Part shown: positions 37,287-49,200 of the stretch, in pieces
How positions within the stretch are numbered: position 1 is the stretch's first letter
How the letters are laid out: the number at the start of each line of letters is the position of its first letter
NCBI GenBank assembly: GCA_030704615.1
Contig: CM060734.1
Coordinates: 43,090,001 to 43,154,000, forward strand
Source of the DNA: Takakia lepidozioides
Taxonomy: Eukaryota; Plantae; Bryophyta
Direction of reading: 5' to 3'
DNA: 64,000 nt
Notes under the pieces: generated by a model
The model's input: only the letters and a program-made list of their open reading frames with translations
Databases searched by the model: none
What the model was told of the DNA's origin: nothing
Position numbers and translations under genes: made by a program

Positions 37287-38116
37287 TTTTTTCAGAAAAC
37301 GTTCAATCTCTGTTCGTTCTTGTTCCCAGTAGATAGCTTCCTGGTTCTTGCATGCAAACCGCCAACCACTCAAATCTTCCCTTATTGAGCACGTCAAGAG
37401 GACGTAGCACACACTGTACTATCGAGCGAAAATCCGGTTGCTGTCGCAGATCTCCTCCAGTACTGATAGAGGAGTCTTAACCTGACTTCCAACGATCACC
37501 TCCTCCGAAGTACGTTAATATTATGCCCAAACTCCATCTAGCATTTGTGAACTTCAATCTCTACTCAACCATCTCAAAGCCAGCCTCTTTGTCTTCCATA
37601 AGTACACCTGCCCCCTCCCTCAGTCGTTTCCCCCGACTGGATCAACAACTTCATCCCCTTCTGTGAACTCCTTCCACTCCTTCCACACAACAATCTACAA
37701 GCGTCTTCTTCCAACCAAGCAGGAGGTCAATCCGAGCTTCCCAACAATGCTCCCCCACCACCTACAAGCCTCCCTGCACCAGGAGAGAGCCAAAGAAAGC
37801 CTCAAACGTTCATCCCTGCATTCCTCCACCTACCAAAGCTCCAAAAACCTAATCCCTCCCACCAGCTCCCAAATGCAAGCCCTAACAAGAACCTCACAGT
37901 GACTAAGTTACCAAATCCCAAAGCTTCCACCTCCCAGCACAACTCTGATGTACCCGATCATGTATTGCATCCCAGACCTAGCTCAAGCTCGCACCTCGGA
38001 GGCCGAGAATCCGCAGAATCCACCGACACACAAAGAAAGCGGGCCCTCACCAGCGACACTGATGACTCACCACTCCCTCACCGCGCTCTCCTATTCCTTT
38101 CATTGTTTTTCTTTCA

Positions 38117-38340
38117 TTTAAACCGTTAGATCCTTAAAACTGGACGGTCATGATTACTGTACGATCCCATGGTTACAATCCACTACCTTCTGCTCTGCAC
38201 CAACTGAAATACGAATTCGCTTCATTGTTTTCATTTCCTCTAAACCGTTAGATCTTTAAGATTGGACGGTGAGGATAACTATAGGATCTCATGGTTACAA
38301 TCCACTCCCTTCCGCTCTGCACCAACTGAATACGAATTCG
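38117..38340. repeat. Tandem duplication (about 120-bp period) upstream of the SAPS gene
   Basis: TAAACCGTTAGATC...CATGGTTACAATCCACT...GCACCAACTGAA...TACGAATTCG occurs twice. Confidence 0.85.
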
Positions 38341-38693
38341 TGTTACTTTGGATCGTTGGCATTTTTTTAATTTAAAAAAAAATTGGAAAGGGGGGGGTGC
38401 CGGGGAAAGTGGAACATCGTAATCATTTATAAATTTGGAGTTTAAAAAAACATTCATGCCGGAAATTGTCGAACACAACCGACACCTGTGAAGTTTTGGA
38501 GGACGCTTTCCTCAACGAGACACCTGGCGCCTTCTCATTGCGTTAACCCTTGCGTGGTGTGGATGAAGCTCTTGCAACGCTTTCTCTCTGAGAGAGCTTG
38601 GAGCTGTGGAGCTCGACGATGATCTACCTTTCGAGCTCTGCTTTTGTGTCTCTGTTTTGGATGCATGGTGAGAAAAATGAGAGAGAGTAAGTT

Positions 38694-39128
38694 TTTCCAG
38701 CTGCCGTGAAAGAATTTAGAAGGGAGTAGAGCACTTTAGATGTCAGGTTACAAAGAATGTGTTTGTGTGATAATGTACATTTTCTTATAATATACAAGCG
38801 GAAGATGCTTCTCAGCTTGTTGAGAAACAGGCAATCATGTAATAATCCCTAACAGGCCGACAGTAATGAGAAGTGTGAAGAAAAGCTCGCTTGATGCAAT
38901 GACAAAGAGTACGTTTCTCCAGCTGCCGTGAAGAATTTAGAAGGGAGTAAGCACTTTAGATGTCCGGTTACAAAGAATGTGGGTGTGTGATAATGTACAT
39001 TTCCTTATAATATACAAGCGGAAGATGCTTCTCAGCTTGTTGAGAAACAGGCAATCATGTAATAATCCCTATCAAGCCGACAGTAATGAGAAGTGTGAAG
39101 AAAAGCTTAGTGGCGCTTGATGCAATTG
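38694..39128. repeat. Tandem duplication (about 215 bp) covering the last codons, stop and 3' UTR of the MMP gene
   Basis: 38694-38901 matches 38915-39128. Confidence 0.92.
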
Positions 39129-40257
39129 CATTCTTCACTATGCTACAGGAGGATGAACTGGTGGCCTGGTTGCTGGAGTCGGTGCCAGGGAGGGGGTTGT
39201 TTGGATTATATGATGGGTTCTTTCCATACAGAGATTGAGCTCCTTGGATGTCATCTTGAGAGAGCTGGTGCTTGACTTGGCGGGGTTTGATGGAGGGATA
39301 CATGACGGCGTCTTGCACGGAAGTGTGTGCAAGCCCGATCAAGTGCCCGATCTCGTGAACTGCAACCGACTGGAGGTCGATAGCATCAACGTTGTTGGAA
39401 GTCTTGACGTTCACTGTCCAGTACTCTGCATCGTCCAAGTGCATTCTTCCATCTGTTGGGGCGAAGGTATGAGCCAGAATCCCCAGCACGCCGTCAAAAG
39501 GCTGGCCATCTCCGTGCTCAAGATTGTCGAATTCAATTCTTACGTCCGCAATGTCGTAGCTCTTTATCTCGGTGAAGGTGATGGGCACAACGGCAGCCCA
39601 ATCACTGAACGCCCTTGAGAATGCTGTGCGTCTATCGGTCTCCGAAACATGGGTGGTCTCCTTTGCGGGAGAAAATGCGTAGGCGAGGTTGCGAGTTGTT
39701 GTCCATGTTAGATTCCCAGGAAAGAATGCGAAATGTTTTACTCCCTTGACGTGCACCTCATGCTTCTCCCCTGAAACTTTCGGGACTGCACCAGATGCAT
39801 TCTTTTGCAACATCACTGGAACACCTGCAATCACATCTTCTCGCCCACAGCGCGGCAACATTATCTGTTCCAAAGTTTTGACATTCACGGCCCCTGTTAC
39901 AGACAAGCCGAAGATCTGTTGGTACAACCGGATGGCACCCTCGAGATCCTCGTCGAAATCTGCTGTCACATTTTGCCCCTGGGTGAGATTCAGATACCCA
40001 AATCGCGCAAAGTAACGCTTTAGCTGTGGAATCATATCATGCTTATCACCCTTTTGAGCATTCAACAAAGACTTGAATTTTCCCCATACTCCAGTATGAA
40101 TTTCAATCTCCACAGGGACGGATAGAGATGATGAAAGCTTTTCCCTCATGGAATCTGCAGCCACCAAGAAAACTCCCCCACCCACGATTATACTCAAGCA
40201 TAGCCATATCCCTAGGACTCCCACATTCCTCCCCAGCACTGCCTTTCGTCCCTGCAT
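39055..40257 (-). CDS. Plant matrix metalloproteinase (matrixin, M10A); intronless
   Basis: N-terminal hydrophobic signal, PG-binding-like domain, cysteine switch PRCGRED, HEIGHLIGLAH zinc motif, Met-turn AVMYP and a hydrophobic C-terminal anchor. First ATG at 40257. Confidence 0.95.
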   Translation of the reverse strand: MQGRKAVLGRNVGVLGIWLCLSIIVGGGVFLVAADSMREKLSSSLSVPVEIEIHTGVWGKFKSLLNAQKGDKHDMIPQLKRYFARFGYLNLTQGQNVTADFDEDLEGAIRLYQQIFGLSVTGAVNVKTLEQIMLPRCGREDVIAGVPVMLQKNASGAVPKVSGEKHEVHVKGVKHFAFFPGNLTWTTTRNLAYAFSPAKETTHVSETDRRTAFSRAFSDWAAVVPITFTEIKSYDIADVRIEFDNLEHGDGQPFDGVLGILAHTFAPTDGRMHLDDAEYWTVNVKTSNNVDAIDLQSVAVHEIGHLIGLAHTSVQDAVMYPSIKPRQVKHQLSQDDIQGAQSLYGKNPSYNPNNPLPGTDSSNQATSSSSCSIVKNAIASSATKLFFTLLITVGLIGIIT

Positions 40258-43238
40258 ATAACCCAATTCCGGGCTGTCGCAGCTGTATTATAATTCCGAT
40301 ATGGAGCGGGATGAGCAACAGCCAACAAAAATTCTTCAGAAAGTCTGTGTGTGGCAGACAGAGTAGTGATCTTCTTCGGAAGAGAAGCAGAGCTCCAACT
40401 TTCAAATTGTGTGCGGGAGGGAGAGAGAGGAAGACGAGGAAAGAAGGAGACTCCAGGTTGGTGATAAGACAATCCATCGCTTCTATCGGAAGGCACACCG
40501 ACAGCAGCCATCGTTTGACGTTCTAGGAAGGTGGAACAGCGAGGTAAGTAGTCGGCATAGCAACAGTCCGAGGGTCAAAGGTATCCACAGAAGATACAGA
40601 AGATGATCAGGAGCAGCAACAAAGCTCTTCACCAAAACAATCGCCTCGTTCGTCAACGTGGCTTCTTCCGTCAACGGGAACGCGTTCACGGTATTGTCAA
40701 ACTGTGAGATTATTCTACCGATTCTAAAGATGTCTTCGGTCTCGGATTCCTCTGGACGACCTCTGGAAGACCTTAGCAATCTCCATGCGCCCTCCACATG
40801 CCTGGCGAGAGGTCAGAAGAATCCATTCACTGCCGCATGTGGTGCCTCACAGACCGATCACCCAGTGGATTCTTCCTTTATCTTTTCTGTGCATTATAAA
40901 AGGGTTCAAGTGCTGGAGACCGGACTTTCTCCATGTCTTCTTCGAGAATGTAGAACAAGCTCTGACGGACTTGTTGACCGTCTGCCCAACTTTTATGTCA
41001 GGGAAGAAGCTGAAGAAGTTTCATGTGCACCGGGCCCACGGGATCTCGAGATGCAAATGAGACAGCGTATTCGTTTGTTTTGCCTGCGTCTGCTTTAGAC
41101 TAAGCAAGAAAGAGTACAGGCCGGGCGTACCGGAAGAGAACACCCACTGCCATAGTTCAAGGCTTTCTCTGTACACTCATGGGCCTGATCTCGTTCAAGT
41201 GCAGGAGATGCTGGCCTTTCAGCGTTTCTTCAAAAAGACCGCTTCCCATCAACTTGATGCCAGGATTCACCCCAAACTTCCGGGCAACAGATTTGGGCAT
41301 TACGCAAGTGGTGCAGCAACAGTCCATATCTCATACTTCAGACGAGTACTGAGTGTAATGCATCAGAGAGCTATCCTCCCCATCAATGCCTGAATCTGTG
41401 GATTCCCTACAGTCCAGCTGAGTTAACTTCCTGCATGGTACACATAAATTAGCATCCTACTCATATATCCAACTTCAGGCTGTTTCCCCAGGGAGTGAAG
41501 GGGGACAAAATGCCAGTGGATTGGGGCTTTTCAATCAACAGAGGCTTGGTCCAGTAGTTAGGGACTCACCTAAAGACAAGACTTTACATTAGGAGGTCAG
41601 AAAAAGATCGAGAGGGCCATTAGTTCTTTTGAGATTGTGGAAGCGAATGCTATGCTGTCACTTGACCCCCAAGGGCTACTGTCTTCCGATGGGAGGTGGA
41701 CACCATTGCTGCACCATTATAGAACATCCAAAGGACTATAAAGCTGGTGGTGTGATGGCATTGTCAATGAGCTAACTAGGCATGGTGGTGATATACAGTA
41801 GAGGCCCTTGCCCTCCTCTTCAACCTTATTTGGAAGACTGAATTGAAGCACTCTCTCTATAGTGCAGTTGGCAAGCTGTTTTGTAGAATAATAAGCACCC
41901 ATCTCGAGGTTGATTTGGAAAACAAGGTCAGGCTGACTTCCAGAGAAATAGGGGCTGTATCCACCATATCTTCATCCTAAGCCAGACTATTCAGGGAAGG
42001 GAAAAACAATTAAAGAATCCAATTTCAGAAGTATGTTCATACACCTTCTGACTTTCAGATTGATAACACAATTTGACCCTGTCGTGCCCTGTCAAGGAAT
42101 GCTGCTTCAAAACTACATTTGGAGACATCTTTGCAAGACCATAAGCTCCAAGTACACCAGTTTACTTCCCTGCCACACACAACCATGACTAGTGTTTCTT
42201 CTGAGCCATCCAATGCTGTGTACCACAAACCTTTGCTGTGTGAAGGACTTGTTATTGAGGCCACGATTCCAATCCTCATCAAAAATATTCTTCCTCTCAT
42301 CGATAAATCGGGACTTCTAGGGCAGTATTACTATCCTGCTTACAGCTTAGTGTCAAATGGGAACGCTTAAACAGAAAGCTTTTGAACAAGAGAACGGGTG
42401 ACACTGATCCGAGGATAGTTCCAGAAACAGAAGTTACTTGACAATTGGTGAGGATGAGAGCGAAATTGTGATGGGAAGACTTTTGAGTGCAAGTGACCAG
42501 ATATCATGTCTTGGTGAATATGATGGTGCTCCAGTTGGGTATGAACAACCTCTGCCGGCCAATTCAGTGTCTCCTGGTAGTGGCAAGACAATCTGGAAGA
42601 TCTGCCACAGTTCCTGTACATCTTGAATGGCCTTCATCTTTAAAGTCTGATGTTATTGTCAGGGGAGAGAATCTATCAAATCTGCATATGAAAGAACCGA
42701 AAAAAAAAAAAAGAGCTTATGGTGATCAATGTGTTCCGATTGCTATAGAGATCGACATGCAGTTGGGAAACAATAAAAAGAGAAATGAAATGAAATGGTG
42801 CTTTATAACATCCGCGGAAAGCTCGTAGAGCTTATGGAACAAAATGGAAGAAAACATGAGAGAGGAACAAATCCAGAAACCACAATTAATGTTCTAGCAA
42901 AGAGAGAAATGCACCCACTCAAGGCAGCCAGATATAAAATCAGATGGAAAGACCAGAGAGCAAAGAGTGATGAGCATACCTGACAAGGTTGTCAGAGCAC
43001 CAGGAAGCAGTCACAGAGTTTAGGTCGATGACAGCAATTGAGGTATGAACATTGTGGGGCCATTAGATCAGTGGCCATCACAAAAGAGACTCCAGATATC
43101 AGAAGTCTAGAAGTTTTGGCCACAATGTTGGACGAGAAAGAGAGTGCTCCTTCAACTCGGGATGTTGAGGTACATCAGAGACTCCACAGGAGCATATTAG
43201 CTTTGCCTGTTGAGTCTGGATAAAAAATATCAGCTCCT

Positions 43239-46200
43239 ATGCCAGGCAAAAGGGGATTGATTTCCCCTTTGATAACTGACATTTTGAATTTGGGAGCCAC
43301 TGTTTCATCAAGTTCTTACGGCGAAGAAGTGACTGCTGGGCTATCTTTCCAACCTAGTGAAGAGGCCAGGACTGATGAGAAAGATGTTAACAGCATTTTA
43401 GACCAGATTAATGCTGGTTGGATGAAAAAACAGGAGGTGGAGCAAGAGGAGTCCGTGTTAGTGGAGGCATGGCTGAATCGCATGCTATCAAGGGTGTTTG
43501 ACATCACCAAGGGTGTTCACTCCCTCGAGGGGGGGCTGCAGGCAGCAGGGCTGGGCCGGAGAAGACTGACTGAAAGGGGCATGAAGCCTAACCAAATTGA
43601 TTTCCTCTACAGGGCTCTCTTTTCGCATTCTGTTGGATTCTATGACACTCTCAGTGGCGGCCGAGGGTTTACGGTTCATGCTGAGGAGGTAGAGAGGATG
43701 GCAGCCGCATTCAAATTGCTCACAAGCTCATTGCAGCGACATGGGGCTGAAAATCTTCTCCCGGTGGACCTTGCAGCACCAATTGATGATGCCAATCATA
43801 AACTTGAAGGTAAGATTTGAAGCTATTAACAAGTAAGGCATAGAATTCTTTCTGGTGGTGTCTAAGGTTTTTTGGTGAAGCCATGCATATCAACTAAAAG
43901 AGTACATGTCAGTTCAGGATACAGTCTTATTCTCTGCAATATAAAAGGTGTGACATAATTTTAGAAAGAGAGGAAAACACAAGAATGTGTTGCATTGACA
44001 GGACTCTTTCCAAATTATTAATTGGTCATGTTTTTCAGCAATGGGTTGCAGGTGTCAAGGGAAGGGAGAACAGAGTTTTTGAGACCCGAGGCAAGTTGGA
44101 GGTGAAGTGCCTGCTTATGGCCAGAGAGCTGCAAGCTGAGAAAGAAAAAAGGAGGCAACTTGATTTGGCCACCCTCAACTTGCAGACTTTGCTGAAGGAG
44201 AGAGCAGTGGATTTAGCTCAAACCCACCAAGACTTCTTGAAGGCAAGTAATTCCTCTGAGATGCTACAAACACAATGATGATCAATTGCAAGTTTTGGCA
44301 GCAGTCTATTCAGTGTAAATCTCTAACATAACTTCTTCATGAACTGAATGCAGGCTAAGGTGAACTGGGAGGCCACCAGGGCACAGCTGTTGGAACAGCT
44401 GGATGAAGTTTATCGATCTTTGGCCCATGAGAAAGAGAAGAGTGACCAATTTCGGAGACAATCACTACAACACATTGACGAATTATCATCACTACGTGCC
44501 GACCGTCTCTTGAATGCCAATATTGCTGCTGAGAATGAAAAACAGGTATGATATGGTATAATATGGTATGATAAGATTTCTGGTCACTTCTGGTCATCCT
44601 AAGATGTCTGGGTTCTGGTCACTCATTTTGTTTGCTTTAGCAACCCATCTGAACTTGCAATCTCCTTAATACTATCAGCCTTCATCCCCCGGTTGGAGGA
44701 CCCTATGTTTTGACTTGATATTGATGAGTTCACTGTATACAGTGGCTGCTTGGAATGAGCTGTGTTCATTAAACATGCTTTGCCTGAGTTGATTAGTTTT
44801 TGTCCATCCCAGTTGATGATCCATATATGTTTTTGATATGGGGATTTTCAGTTTTGCAACAGGTGGTTGAACAACTGGAGACTGTCAGAAGAGACTCACT
44901 TCAGGGTGTGAATCAGCTTAAGATCTTGCAGGATAGCCTGGCGGCATCCAACTCTGAACTCCAGAATTTGAAGAAACATCTTGAGGAGCTTGAGGTGGAG
45001 AAGACAGCATATGACAATCTTTATCACCAGGAAGCTACAACCTGTGCATGTCTGTCAATTTCTCCCCAACTATTTTCTGTCTCTCATTTTCTATTTGGCC
45101 TTTTCACCCTTGGGGCCTCCTGTGACCACAAGAGCTTCTCTTTCTTGAGATGTTAAACAATATATATACACATATATATCATTCTTTTCTATCCTTTTCT
45201 GGGCACCATACAGTTCATTGTTTATCTCTCTCAATGCTATTGTGGAATATTATTGTGGTGCAGTCATACCAAGGCTACTACACCACATCCCATCAGACCT
45301 CTTTAGTTACACACCTTTAGGCCGGAATGGTACTGGGATGGGTGACCTCCCAGTGCTGCACCCATTGTTTTTGGGTCTGTGGCCACAAGGCTGTGGCAAA
45401 GAACATCTTGCGAGTACATTCTCTCGATGTTATTGTCTTTATTCTTCTTCTCTTTTGGACAAAATGGGCATAGCAATGATAACTTAGAGCACAACATTGG
45501 CATGCGAGGTGGGGTCCCAGATGAGATCAGCAACCATAGAGTCAGCCTCTAGGGTAGTGTCACAGGGCAAGAGTTGGCAGCTGACCACCTGGAAATGACC
45601 AAAGGGGTGGACACTACCATCCTCCCTCCGTGAGGACAAGAGAGTACAAAGAATATGTATGAAAGCATTGGAACACAAACTCAGACAGCCTCAACAGGAA
45701 ATACATTCGAGTATAACCAAAAGCGTAGGCAGGCAGGACTCGCAAGAAGCCAGGATAGCTGCTGCACTCCTCTAAAACACAGTAGTGGAACAACCCTTCA
45801 GATCCAGATGTAAGCAACCCTATTCGATCTGAAATTCCCTGACGTAGAAGGATTATTACAGCACTCCTTCAGTAGCATAATTTTTCGGGCCATTTTCACA
45901 AACTTTAGATATGACCCTCTTGGCTGGAGTTCTGAGAATGTAAGTGCAGGACATAAAAGAGGGAGAGAAGGTCTGACTAGAGTCCAGCACCTGTTGAACT
46001 TGGGATGTGATGGGTCAGTTTTGAGGCTTCAAAAGGAGGATATGCAGAAGGAGCAGGAGGAAATCCGGCGCAACTATGAAGTTTTCAAAGGACAAAAGGA
46101 GGAAACTGAACGCCAGCACTCTGAGCAAGCAACACAACTTGCAGCTCTCATAGGTAACAGAATGCCCCCTCAACCATCTCATGCACACTCAAAATACGAC

Positions 46201-49200
46201 TAACAACTTCACATTATATGTAACTATCTGCTTGCTTGGTAAAGGAAATATGACAGCAACCAGGTGGAATTAAGCAATAGATCTGACCAGCCAAAATCGA
46301 GGTTGATAGGATGGTATTATGGTCAGTGCACCCTGTAGTTGCAGCAGTCAAATAACAGCAGAATATGGCTATTTTGAGAACAAATTCTGTCCACAAAGCC
46401 TCTCCCAAACTTTTCAAGGAGAATATGATATGAAGAACAAGGGATCGATTACATCAGGATGGCTTGCCTGAACATATTACTCATGACACTGGTACTGGTA
46501 ACAGGGGTGGAGCAAGAGAATGAAGATATGAAGTTGTTGATGGAAAAACTGAGAGCAAGGATAATAGAACTGGAGAAGGAGATTGAGACCTTAAGTGCCC
46601 CCCTGCTAGCCATGGATGATGCGCTAGCAGAACGAGTCCGCACATTTGAGAGAGTTGAAGTGTTGGCAGAAAGAGTCGAAGTAATTGGCGGCACTGATGC
46701 AGCAGAAAAAGTCAGTGCAGTGGCATCCACAGAACTGGACACGATTACAGGGAAGGCTCCACCTGGGAAAGTCATGAAGGATGAACTGCTGATCAAACAG
46801 TCAGAAATCATCCCCCAATTTGCAATGCTTCCAGAAATGAAGCCTGCAGTGGCATCCACAGAACTGGACACGATTACAGGGGAGGTTCCACCTGGGAGAG
46901 TCATGAAGGAAGAACTGCTGATCAAACAGTCAGAAACCATCCCCCAATTTACAATGCTTCCAGAATTGAAGCCTGCAGTGGCATCCACAGAACTGGACAC
47001 GATTACTCCACCTGGGAAAGGCATGAAGGATGAACTGCTGATCAAACAGTCGGAAATTATCCCCCAATTTACAATGCTTCCAGAAATGAAGCCTGTTCAT
47101 GAACAGGTAAGATTCCAATCTGAGGTGGTAGAAGGGGATCGTACTGAGGATGTGGCAAGAAAAGAACGCATTGTGTCGAAAGTGGATGGACCAGAGTCAC
47201 CAGCAACAGTGGAATTGAAAGGGAGGGTTACAGCACTTGAAACAGAACAATTGAAAGTAACCAACTCCCTAGCAACAATTGATGACTCACTTCGGAAAGG
47301 TATGGATGACATTACCAAAGAGAAGAAGGGGCTCGTCCCGCATGTCTCATCAATCCAGAGAAACAGCGTGAGGCTACTGGGTGCACTAGACCAGACCAGG
47401 TTTGAAGCGGATAACAACCGGCGACTATCTAAGGAGTTGATGAGGACGGTCGAGAATATGGAGGGTCAAGCCAGAAGGGAATCCGCCCTCAAAGAAACAC
47501 TTCAGGATCAGGTAGTTTCTAGAAACTGATTTCATTTTCCTGACGTTCAATTACATCCTTATAAGATTAATTTCTTCCTACTTGCTAAATCTCCACATAC
47601 TTACATTATTCTGGGTGAGTCATAGATGTCCCAAGTTTGGTTTCCATATTCCGAGAACGACAGAGGAAAACGGATTGGGGATGGGTGCTTTAGCCAGTTC
47701 ATCCCCAGAGACAGCCAGGGACAAGAAGCCTAGAAAAATGAACAGATGATGATGAAGGCGGTTGGCAAGGGGCTCCTTTGGTGAAAGTTTGCACATAGGA
47801 ATGTATCTACAGTTTCAAAGAATAACATGGGTTTGTTCAATTTGTGGTCTATCAGCTAGCAAAAGCACAAGCAATGATCAAGGAGTATGAGAAGAAACTC
47901 CAGGATCAGATTGCTAAAGCAGCAGCAGATCTGGAAGAAAGGCTCAAAGCAGAGCTGGCCAAGCATAAAGCTAATTTGTCTGACTACAAAGAGAGAATGA
48001 GGAAGGAGATGGAAGACAGAAAAGCAAGAGAGGAAGCACAACGAGAACTGGAAGGGCTCTACAATGGACTCAAGGCACGGATAGACAGTGGGGATGCGGA
48101 GATGGCAGTGATGCGCAAGGCACTGGAGGAAGCCAACCTTAGATTCACCAAATTGGAACAGAGTGCGCTTGATGAGACTACACGGCTCAGCTTGCAGATC
48201 CAGGCCTTGGAACAGGAGGTAAGTTTTTCACTGCTGTGTGAATCTAACCACAGCTTGTGTTGAACTTCAAGCTTGTCTGTCTTTTATCTCTATTATGCAC
48301 TTTACTGTCATATGGGTACATTCACTGACAGAGACCACTTTGGCATCCATCCTCACATATGGGATACATATAGCCTCAAATGAAAGAATATACATAGCCC
48401 TGAATGCCTCAGCTTCATTGTATACCACCATCAGTTTTATCAAACAGAACGGAATGTATTTGGAACGACAGGTGGCACATGGGAAGGACATTGAGCTCAA
48501 GCTACAGTCGCTACAGGCTGCACTACAAGCATTGAAAGAGGAGCTGGAAGCCGCAAGGCAAAAGCTACTGGAGCAGGAAAATGAGCTTTCAAAAGAGAAG
48601 AAGAGGGGAAAGGAGCTTGAGGAAGAAGCACGGCTGGCTGATCAAGATAGGCAGAGCTCCTCTAAAGCTTTGCAATTGGACCTGGAGGCCATGAAGTTGG
48701 ACCTTGAGGCATTCCATACAGACTTGGAGACTGAAAGGCTATCCATTGCCGGTGAGTGGCTGAAAGATTATTTTGCAAAGACTAAAGGAGGGGAACAAAA
48801 CTATACCAGGATTTTCAAACTCCCCAACAAAAGGGTCACATAACTAAAAAAATTGATCAAAGAGAATTTACAAAGCCCAGGACTTTATGGGCACCTTCAC
48901 TAGGCTGTGAGAAGCAAATGAGTAGATCCCTGTGTAGGTGGACATTAAAGTGGACATCTTCTATCCTTTTTTGGCCACTAGACTATGCAAGCAAAACCTG
49001 CTGAGAATATCAAAGAGTCCGTGTATGACTGACACATTGTACTATACTCCCATGACTGATGAGAGGTAATCAAATCTCTGATACTTTCCGATGATGCAGC
49101 TGAGAGGAAGGCCCATGCAAAACTTGCAGCTGAGATTGCCAGGCTACAAGAAGAAAAGAGGAAGCAGGCTGAAGCACATAGATTGGAAATAGTTCATATG

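Noticed and set aside
46449-47045. 198-aa repetitive ORF on the minus strand
   Set aside because: It is the antisense shadow of the coding tandem repeat in exon 46505-47511.
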